Positions 48,672-55,544 of a stretch of 55,544 bases of DNA are shown here, piece by piece. The position numbers and the translations under genes are program-made. The notes below the pieces were generated by a model. That model saw only the letters and a list, made by a program, of their open reading frames with translations, was not told the DNA's origin and searched no databases. Every line of letters starts with the position of its first letter. Within the stretch, counting starts at the first letter, position 1. The DNA is from an uncultured Oscillibacter sp. (lineage in GTDB: Bacteria; Bacillota; Clostridia; Oscillospirales; Oscillospiraceae), in NCBI GenBank assembly GCA_964462715.1, contig CAYWYW010000001.1, positions 1 to 55,544 of the forward strand. The letters run 5' to 3'.

Positions 48672-49838
48672 GTGCGAAAGACAAGAAAGAACGCACAGGG
48701 TGCCGGAACGATTCGCAAGAGAGCCGACGGCAGGTGGGAAGCTCGGTTTACGACCGGCTTTGACCCGGCCAGCGGCAGACAAGTCCAGAAGCCGATCTAT
48801 GGAAAGACGCAGAAGGAAGTCCGGGAGAAGCTGGCACAGATCACAACGGAGCTGGATGATGGGACCTATATGGAGCCCACGAAGGACATCGTTGAGGAAT
48901 GGCTGGATACCTGGCTTGAGACCTATGTGAAGTATTCTGTGAAGCCCTATACACTGGACGCCTACCAGAGGAACTGTGATAACTATATCAAGCCGATGCT
49001 GGGGAAAATCCGGCTGGCGGCGCTGAACGCTCCGCAGATACAGCGGTTTTATAATGGCCTCCTGACAGAGAAGGAACTCTCTCCCAAAACGGTCCGCAAC
49101 ATTCACGGTGTCTTCCACAAGGCGTTGGAGCAAGCTGTGAAGCTGGGAATGATACGGAGCAATCCGACGAACCTTTGCGATTTGCCAAAGGTTCGCAGGA
49201 AGGAAATCCATCCTATGGAGCAGGAGGAGATCACCGCTTTTCTGAAGGCGATCGAAGGCTGCAAATATGAACTGGTCTACCGTGTGACGCTGTTTACCGG
49301 GATGCGGCAGGGCGAGATCCTGGGACTGACCTGGGATTGCGTTGATTTTCAACACAATGCGCTGTATGTGAACAAGCAGCTTCAGAAGACCAAGAAGGTG
49401 GGTGGACAGTACGTACTGGCCCCGACCAAAAGCGGACGTAGTCGCATGATCACGGTGGCTCCCTCGGTGATGAATCTTCTGAAAAAGCAAAAAAGCCAGC
49501 AGGCGCAGATGCAGCTGCTGGCAGGGCAGGATTGGAAGAATCCCTGGGACCTGGTATTTACAAATGAATTCGGCGGGAATCTCTCCCATTTCACGGTGTA
49601 TAAGACCTTCAAGGAGATCGTGAAATCCATGGGACTGGAGCAGGAGCGTTTCCATGACCTCCGCCACAGTTATGCAGTGGTATCTCTGGAAAGCGGAGAC
49701 GACATCAAGACCGTGCAGATCAATCTGGGCCATGCCACTGCCAGCTTTACGCTGGATGTTTACGGCCATATATCCCAGAAGATGCGCCAGCAGTCCGCAG
49801 ACCGGATGGAGCAGTTTATCCGGAAAGTTTCCGGGTGA
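48672..49838 (+). CDS. Site-specific integrase (tyrosine recombinase with arm-binding domain)
   Basis: N-terminal GTIRKRADGRWEAR; TGMRQGE, TKSG, HDLRH, LGH, VY; adjacent to att/tRNA. Confidence 0.95.
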   Translation: MRKTRKNAQGAGTIRKRADGRWEARFTTGFDPASGRQVQKPIYGKTQKEVREKLAQITTELDDGTYMEPTKDIVEEWLDTWLETYVKYSVKPYTLDAYQRNCDNYIKPMLGKIRLAALNAPQIQRFYNGLLTEKELSPKTVRNIHGVFHKALEQAVKLGMIRSNPTNLCDLPKVRRKEIHPMEQEEITAFLKAIEGCKYELVYRVTLFTGMRQGEILGLTWDCVDFQHNALYVNKQLQKTKKVGGQYVLAPTKSGRSRMITVAPSVMNLLKKQKSQQAQMQLLAGQDWKNPWDLVFTNEFGGNLSHFTVYKTFKEIVKSMGLEQERFHDLRHSYAVVSLESGDDIKTVQINLGHATASFTLDVYGHISQKMRQQSADRMEQFIRKVSG

Positions 49839-49870
49839 GCGGCCCCCTGGGAGATTGTTAAAAAATCCCG

Positions 49871-49896
49871 TAAGGGTCAGCGTAAGGGTCAAAGGG
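49871..49896 (+). repeat. Arm-type repeats near the tRNA-proximal att
   Basis: TAAGGGTCAG-CG-TAAGGGTCAA, 12-bp period. Confidence 0.78.
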
Positions 49897-49903
49897 TATG
49901 ACA

Positions 49904-49934
49904 AAACCCTGGAACCGTTGCGATTCCAGGGTTT
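49904..49934. terminator. Hairpin between the integrase and tRNA-Ser
   Basis: AAACCCTGGAA...TTCCAGGGTTT. Confidence 0.65.
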
Positions 49935-49938
49935 CTTG

Positions 49939-50030
49939 TGGCGGAGAAGGAGGGATTCGAACCCTCGAGACCCTTTAGGAGCCTACATGATTTCCAATCA
50001 TGCGCCCTCGACCAACTAGGCGACTTCTCC
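49939..50030 (-). tRNA. tRNA-Ser(GGA)
   Basis: Reverse complement GGAGAAGTCGCCTAGTTGGTCGAGGGCG-CATGA-TTGGAAA-TCATG, long variable arm, GGTTCGAATCC...CCA. Confidence 0.96.
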
Positions 50031-50176
50031 ATAGCTGTTCCAGTGCTTTTCCACAGATGCAATTGTCCGCCGCCTCAACGAGACAGCGTTATCATTATAG
50101 CAAAGGATTCTGAAAAGTCAAGCCCTGTTTTTTATTTTTTCAAAAAAACGGAGGGCATCCGCCCTCCGTCCGCGCC

Positions 50177-50356
50177 TCAGCGCATTTCGGAAACGATGTT
50201 GTCCACGGCGTGGTCCACGGCGACACCCAGCTTGTGGATACTTCTGCCCACCTGTGTTTTCATGGGATCTCTGCCGCAGGGCACCATCATCCCCACCGCG
50301 GCGCCAGCCATCAATCCGGCGCCCATACCGATCCAAAATCCGGTACACATCTTCAT
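50177..50356 (-). CDS. Small membrane protein (59 aa; not in the ORF track)
   Basis: RBS AAGGAG; MKMCTGFWIGMGAGLMAGAAVGMMVP...EMR; glycine-zipper TM segment. Confidence 0.7.
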   Translation of the reverse strand: MKMCTGFWIGMGAGLMAGAAVGMMVPCGRDPMKTQVGRSIHKLGVAVDHAVDNIVSEMR

Positions 50357-50485
50357 TTTCAGTCACTCCTTCATCGGCACGGAGCTAGTATGGCCCGAAT
50401 CTGACAAAAAATTTCGGACAAGATTTGCCAAAATGCTTCATAAGAGATATACTGTCTGAGAAATCAATTTGTTTCTGGAGGCAGT

Positions 50486-51589
50486 ATGACCAGCATCTAT
50501 CTGATCCGCCACGCGGAGGCGGAGGGAAATCTATACCGCATTGCCCAGGGCCAGGACAACAGCAACCTGACGGACCGGGGATGGAGACAGGTCCGGGCGC
50601 TGCAGAAGCGGTTTGCGGACATTCATGTTGACGCCGTGTACACCAGCGACCTGTACCGGACCTGCGCCACCGCCAGCGCTATCTACAAGGCCAAGGACCT
50701 GCCGCTGCACCGGATGGCGGAATTGCGGGAGATCTGCGTAGGCCGCTGGGAGCAGCGGACCTGGGGCGATATCTACCGGGAGGACCCGGCGCAGATGGAC
50801 TATTTCAACCGCCAGCCGGACAAATGGCATGTGGAGGGCGCCGAAACGCCCCGGCAGGTGCTGGAGCGGGTGCTGACAGCCATCCGGGCCATCGCGGCAG
50901 AGAACCGGGGAAAGACCGTGGCTGTTTTCTCCCACGGCTACGCCATCCGCCTGGTGCTGGCGCATCTACAGGGATATCCTCTGGAGCGGCTGGGGGAGAC
51001 GCCCACCGGCGATAATACGGCGGTCTCCCTGCTGGAGATGGAGGGAGACACGCTGCGGGTGGTGTTCCGGGATGACAACAGTCATCTGAAGACCCCGGAG
51101 TTCCTGGCGGGGGAGAAAGTCCGCAAGCGGGCCAACGGCCTGGAACCGGGGTTGTGGTTCCAGCCCCTGCGGCTGCCGGAACAGGCCGACTTTTTGCGGG
51201 GACTGCTGTCTCCGGAGTGGGATGATGCCTTTGATCCGGACCGCCTGCTGGCGGACGCGGCCCGCCGGGAGACCCTGGTGGGCTATCTGGAGGAGGAGCC
51301 GGTGGGCGTGGTGCAGCTGGGACCGGAGCCGGGCTGGATCTCCCTGCTGTGCATCCGGGAGGACTGCCGGAAGCGGGGCTTTGGCGCCCAGATGATCGGG
51401 CAGGCGGTGCAGCATACCCGGCCTTTGGGCGGCGGACGGCTCACGGTAGCTCTGGCGGAGGATCACGCTGCCCATAGCTTTTTCGCGGACTACGGGTTCC
51501 GTCCCGCCGGGTCCCTGGAGGACGGGCGGACCCGCCTGGAAAAAGATATCCGCTTCCTGCCGGAATTTTTGGGTGAAACAGATACTTGA
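50486..51589 (+). CDS. Histidine phosphatase (PGM family) fused to a GNAT domain
   Basis: LIRHAE, SDLYR, LRE, FSHG; C-terminal RKRGFGAQMI. Confidence 0.88.
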   Translation: MTSIYLIRHAEAEGNLYRIAQGQDNSNLTDRGWRQVRALQKRFADIHVDAVYTSDLYRTCATASAIYKAKDLPLHRMAELREICVGRWEQRTWGDIYREDPAQMDYFNRQPDKWHVEGAETPRQVLERVLTAIRAIAAENRGKTVAVFSHGYAIRLVLAHLQGYPLERLGETPTGDNTAVSLLEMEGDTLRVVFRDDNSHLKTPEFLAGEKVRKRANGLEPGLWFQPLRLPEQADFLRGLLSPEWDDAFDPDRLLADAARRETLVGYLEEEPVGVVQLGPEPGWISLLCIREDCRKRGFGAQMIGQAVQHTRPLGGGRLTVALAEDHAAHSFFADYGFRPAGSLEDGRTRLEKDIRFLPEFLGETDT

Positions 51590-51624
51590 CACGGTGTGTA
51601 TAACTTCCTTATAATATAGCTATC

Positions 51625-51720
51625 ATAAAGGGGAGTAGCTTACGTCTTCGGGCGTGATGTAGCTCGTCATCACGGCGGCCATGAGCCGCTCGGGATACGT
51701 CGAAAAAGCGAGACCTTTAT
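51625..51720 (+). promoter_or_regulatory. yybP-ykoY (Mn2+) riboswitch
   Basis: AAAGGGGAGTAGC...CGTCATCAC...GCGAGACCTTT; upstream TTGACA-N18-TATAAT; overlapping terminator 51710-51757; precedes a cation antiporter. Confidence 0.85.
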
Positions 51721-51780
51721 TGCACGGGAGAGGTCTGTGCAATAAAGGTCTCTTTTTCTGTGTAAATCGTTGAGAGGAAG

Positions 51781-52743
51781 ATGCAAATGAATGTTTGGAT
51801 CACAGTGCTGCTATTTCTGGTGGGCCTGCTGCTGATCGTCAAGGGCGGAGACTGGTTCCTGGACGGCGCTGTCTGGATCGCGGAGACCACCGGCGTGCCC
51901 CGGTTCATCATCGGCGCGACCATTGTGTCCCTGGCCACCACGCTGCCGGAGCTGACGGTGTCCGTCACGGGTGTCCTGCAGGGGGAGGTAGACTTGGCGG
52001 TTGGCAACGCCGTGGGGTCCGTCACCGCCAACCTGGGTCTGATTTTGGGTATCTCCGTCCTGTGCATCCCCTCGGTGGTCAGCAAGAAGCAGTTTCACCT
52101 GAAGGCCATCCTGATGGTGAGCGGCGCGGCGCTGCTGCTGGTGCTTTGTCGGGGCGGTGTGCTGCCCTTCCTGCCCAGTCTGGTGCTGTTCGTCATCTTT
52201 GCGGTGTACCTGGGCAACAACATCGTGGACGCCAGGGCCGGCATGGCTGAGAGCCGGGAGGAACACCCGGAGCGCCGCACCGTCTCCCGCCGGAAGATGT
52301 GCATGAAGCTGGCCATGTTCGCACTGGGCATCACCGCCATCGTCATTGGCTCCCGGCTGCTGATCGACTACGGCAGCGAGCTGGCTCTGCTGCTGGGCGT
52401 TCCCTCCGCCATCATCGGTGTCACCATGGTGGCCATCGGAACCTCCCTGCCGGAGCTGGTGACCACCCTGACAGCAATCGCCAAGAAAGAGGCCTCCATG
52501 TCCGTTGGCAATATCATCGGCGCCAATGTCATCGACCTGACCATGATCCTGCCGGTGTGCTCGGCGGTCTCTGGCGGCAGGTTGACCATCGGCTCCCAGA
52601 CCACCGCCCTGGACCTGCCCGCCTGTCTGACGCTGTGCTGCGTGGCGGTGCTGCCCCCCCTGTTCAAGGGCAAGTTCTACCGCTGGCAGGGCGTCCTCAT
52701 GCTGGCCCTGTATGCCGGCTATGTGGTGCTGCTGGTGACCTGA
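51781..52743 (+). CDS. Ca2+/Na+ (cation) antiporter, YrbG-like
   Basis: Alpha repeats ATTLPEL...GNAVGS and GTSLPEL...GNIIGAN. Confidence 0.92.
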   Translation: MQMNVWITVLLFLVGLLLIVKGGDWFLDGAVWIAETTGVPRFIIGATIVSLATTLPELTVSVTGVLQGEVDLAVGNAVGSVTANLGLILGISVLCIPSVVSKKQFHLKAILMVSGAALLLVLCRGGVLPFLPSLVLFVIFAVYLGNNIVDARAGMAESREEHPERRTVSRRKMCMKLAMFALGITAIVIGSRLLIDYGSELALLLGVPSAIIGVTMVAIGTSLPELVTTLTAIAKKEASMSVGNIIGANVIDLTMILPVCSAVSGGRLTIGSQTTALDLPACLTLCCVAVLPPLFKGKFYRWQGVLMLALYAGYVVLLVT

Positions 52744-52751
52744 TACAGACG

Positions 52752-52784
52752 AAAAAAGGAACCCGAAGTATCGGGTTCCTTTTT
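52752..52784. terminator. Bidirectional terminator
   Basis: AAAAAAGGAACCCGA-AGTA-TCGGGTTCCTTTTT. Confidence 0.8.
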
Positions 52785-53391
52785 ATATCGCCAGAACGTC
52801 CTTCACGATCCTTGCGGTCATGCCCCAGACGGCATGGCCCTGCCAGTACCACACCGGCACCTCCGTGCGTCCCTTTGCCCAGGGGTAATCCCGCGTGATG
52901 CCCACGGCCTCGTAGGGGAAGTCCTCCGGCACCTGGGGGAGCAGGTCGTAGGCCCAGACCTGCGGCGGGTTTTCCAGGAAAAAGGTCAGGGGGACGGTAA
53001 AGACCTCCGCCACCTCCGCCGGGGAGGGCCGCAGGGCCTCCATCCCCACGGGAGACACCACGCCCAGAACGGGGCGCAGCAAAAAGCCCCGCTGGTTGCA
53101 GATAAAGTCCGACGCACCAAACACGTCGATCTCTCTGCGGGGAATGGACAGTTCCTCTTCCGTCTCCCGCAGGGCGCACTGGACAGGCGTCTCGCCCGGC
53201 TCCATGCGGCCGCCGGGGAAGCAGACCTCGCCGCTCTGCCGCAGTCCCGCCGCCCGAACCTCGAACAGCAGGTGGGGGCCGTCCGGCATTTCCACCAGGG
53301 GGCAGAGGACGGCGTATTCCCGTCGAGCGCCCATCAGTCCCGGCGTATGGCCCGCATAGCGGCGGCGCAGGGCCTCCAGCGCCCCGCTCAC
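52783..53391 (-). CDS. Nudix hydrolase (CoA pyrophosphatase)
   Basis: GEVCFPGG...ALRETEEE; VWGMTA. Confidence 0.9.
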   Translation of the reverse strand: MSGALEALRRRYAGHTPGLMGARREYAVLCPLVEMPDGPHLLFEVRAAGLRQSGEVCFPGGRMEPGETPVQCALRETEEELSIPRREIDVFGASDFICNQRGFLLRPVLGVVSPVGMEALRPSPAEVAEVFTVPLTFFLENPPQVWAYDLLPQVPEDFPYEAVGITRDYPWAKGRTEVPVWYWQGHAVWGMTARIVKDVLAI

Positions 53392-54275
53392 AGCAGCATG
53401 GTCAGCGACCGCTGACGGTTCTCAATGTCCACCACGGGCGTACTGGCAGCGTACTCGCCGTCCAGGGACCAGGGCAGGTCCTGGTCCGTCTCCAGATGGA
53501 TGGAGGAGACGTGGCGGAATACCAGACCCTCCCGGTCGTAGTGCTGGTCCAGCAGGGCCAGCACCAGGTTCTGGAGGTCCTGGGGCGTTTTGGGGTTTGG
53601 GATCAGCAGCATCTCGAACTGGCCGTCGTCCAGCACCACCCGCTCCGGATCCAGCTTCATGAGTCCGCCGATGGAGGTGGAGTTGCACACGGCACCGAAC
53701 AGGTACTCGCCGTCCAGCACCTCGCCGTCGGCGGTGAGCTTGACCTGGTAGGGCCGCAGGGTGTTCAGGTCCTTCATGCCCTCCAGGATATAGGCGAAGT
53801 GGCCCAAGGCGTTCTTGGCGGCCTGGGGCGCGGCGTAGGAACTGCGGGTAAAGGCCCCGAAGGAGGCCACATAGACAAAGTGGCGGCCATTCCACTGGCC
53901 GATGTCCAGCTGGCGGGGAGACGCCTGGGCAATGGCAGCGGCGGCCACTGCGGGCTTGTTGGAGATGTGCAGGCTGGACGCGAAGTCGTTGGTGCTGCCC
54001 TGGGCCATATAGCCCAGCATGGGGGGATGCTCCAGCCGCAGTACGCCGGAGACCACTTCGTTCAGGGTGCCGTCGCCGCCCACGGCCACGATCACGTCGT
54101 AGTGTTCGCCCTCCCGGGCCGCCGTCTCAGCGGCGTCACCGGCACAGACGGTATTGTGGATAGAGATGAGATAGCCGGCCTGGGAGAGAATGGCTGCCGC
54201 GTCGAACAGCGGACCACGGGACTTACTGCGGCCGGCGGATGGATTCACAATCATCAGCAGTTTCTTCTGCGTCAT
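53388..54275 (-). CDS. Diacylglycerol/lipid kinase family protein
   Basis: NPSAG, GGDGTLNE, GSTNDFA, LDGE. Confidence 0.92.
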   Translation of the reverse strand: MTQKKLLMIVNPSAGRSKSRGPLFDAAAILSQAGYLISIHNTVCAGDAAETAAREGEHYDVIVAVGGDGTLNEVVSGVLRLEHPPMLGYMAQGSTNDFASSLHISNKPAVAAAAIAQASPRQLDIGQWNGRHFVYVASFGAFTRSSYAAPQAAKNALGHFAYILEGMKDLNTLRPYQVKLTADGEVLDGEYLFGAVCNSTSIGGLMKLDPERVVLDDGQFEMLLIPNPKTPQDLQNLVLALLDQHYDREGLVFRHVSSIHLETDQDLPWSLDGEYAASTPVVDIENRQRSLTMLL

Positions 54276-54494
54276 AGAATTGCCTCCTGGAAAAACCGAA
54301 AACAGATGTGCGCGGGGAAAAGCCCGCTTTTAAAGCGTAAAGGAAGTATATCACGGGAAAATGGTGATTGCAATTCCTCTGGGAGCCGTGTAGAATAAAA
54401 TTAAGGCAGGACCGCACAATTCAGCAAGCGATTTGCTCGCAAAGAGCCGCTGGTGCAATAGTGCGGTGTTGCCAGTCAGTATGGGGGAACGGAC

Positions 54495-55544
54495 ATGATT
54501 TGGAAGAACCGCTATGTGAAATGGGGGCTGACGGCTTTTTGCACCGTGGGCGCCATTTTGCTGTTTTACGATACGCTCTTCGGCAGTCATGCGCTGATGC
54601 TTTTTGTCAGGAAGCTGCTGAAGGCGTTTCAGCCGGTGCTGTATGGCGCCTTCATGGCCTATCTGCTGGCCCCGGTGGTGAATTTCTTCGAGCTGCGCCC
54701 CTTTGCCCAGGTGTCCCGTAAGCCCCTCCCCAGGGAGCCTGAACGCCAGCGCATCTCCAGGGGCGTCCGGGCGGTCAGCATCCTGCTGACCTGGGCGCTC
54801 ATTCTGGTGATGGTCTATGTGCTGTTCTCCATCCTGATCCCGGAGCTGTACAAGAGCCTGCTACAGCTGGTATCCAACATCGAGACCTATTACAACACCA
54901 TCAGCGGCTGGGTCCAGCATCTGCTGGAGACCAACCCGACGCTGGAGAGATGGGCCACCCTGCAGATGGCAAACTATTACAAGCTCCTGGAGGACTGGGT
55001 GAAAAACGACCTGCTGCCTCAGGCCACCACCCTGATGGGCGTGGTCTCCGGCGGTGTGTTCAGTGGGGTGTACAGCCTGGTGAGCTTTTTCGGGGACCTG
55101 CTGGTGGGCGTCATCGTGTCGGTCTATTTCCTGGCCACCAAGGAGACCTGTGCCGCCCACGCACGCAAGGTGGTGTACAGCCTGTTCTCTGAACGGCACG
55201 TCTGCTGGGTCCTGCGGGGCAGCGCCAGGGTGGATAACATTTTCTCCGGTTTCGTCCGGGGTAAGCTGCTGGACTCCCTGATCATCGGCATTCTGTGCTT
55301 CTTCGGCTGCACGCTGCTGAAAATGCCCTATACGCCGCTGATCTCCGTGATCGTGGGCGTCACCAATATCATTCCCTTTTTTGGCCCCTTCCTGGGGGCC
55401 ATCCCCAGCACTTTCCTGATCCTGTTGGTGTCCCCCATGAAGGCGGTGTACTTCTTGATCTTCGTGCTGGCCCTCCAGCAGCTGGACGGCAACGTCATCG
55501 GTCCCAAGATCCTGGGGGACAAGACGGGCCTCTCCAGCCGGTGG
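54495..55544 (+). CDS. AI-2E family transporter (3' end truncated by window)
   Basis: ATG at 54495, frame open to the window end; GKLLDSLIIG, NIIPFFGPFLG, QQLDGNVIGPKILG. Confidence 0.88.
   Translation, partial: MIWKNRYVKWGLTAFCTVGAILLFYDTLFGSHALMLFVRKLLKAFQPVLYGAFMAYLLAPVVNFFELRPFAQVSRKPLPREPERQRISRGVRAVSILLTWALILVMVYVLFSILIPELYKSLLQLVSNIETYYNTISGWVQHLLETNPTLERWATLQMANYYKLLEDWVKNDLLPQATTLMGVVSGGVFSGVYSLVSFFGDLLVGVIVSVYFLATKETCAAHARKVVYSLFSERHVCWVLRGSARVDNIFSGFVRGKLLDSLIIGILCFFGCTLLKMPYTPLISVIVGVTNIIPFFGPFLGAIPSTFLILLVSPMKAVYFLIFVLALQQLDGNVIGPKILGDKTGLSSRW

Larger units (their letters stand above)
4702..49962. mobile_element. ~45 kb integrative genomic island in the tRNA-Ser(GGA) 3' end
   Basis: Perfect 24-bp direct repeat TGGCGGAGAAGGAGGGATTCGAAC at 4702-4725 and 49939-49962; integrase and excisionase next to the tRNA; arm-type repeats at both ends. 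Confidence 0.93.

Noticed and set aside
49938-50459. 173-aa ORF, and the WRRRRDSN-type ORFs at 4579-4810
   Set aside because: Translations of tRNA-Ser/att sequence on the opposite strand

Overview
This looks like a Clostridia chromosome, probably Oscillospiraceae (Oscillibacter/Dysosmobacter-like, judged from gene style). The left core region has tRNA-Ala, SRP RNA, dnaX, ybaB and a DUF4127-like lipoprotein. The right core region has tRNA-Ser(GGA), a phosphatase-GNAT fusion, a yybP-ykoY riboswitch with a Ca2+/cation antiporter, a Nudix hydrolase, a DAG kinase and an AI-2E transporter. Between them sits a ~45 kb genomic island (4702-49962) inserted in the 3' end of tRNA-Ser, bounded by a perfect 24-bp direct repeat, with matching TAAGGGTCAG arm-type repeats at both ends. 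The cargo is a large uncharacterised catabolic gene set: a split PEP-synthase-like dikinase with an HprK-like kinase and an extra adenylate kinase; a xanthine-dehydrogenase-family Mo enzyme; a 2-oxoacid/acetoin dehydrogenase complex; a 4-hydroxybutyrate dehydrogenase; a TRAP transporter; a two-component system; three GntR regulators sharing an ATAATCGATTAT-type operator; and a LacI-controlled sugar oxidation operon. The mobility end has no recognisable conjugation genes. It carries a ~0.9 kb promoter-driven, hairpin-dense, apparently non-coding region ahead of a second tyrosine recombinase, followed by an excisionase and the integrase. All functional calls come from motif recognition by eye; no searches were run.
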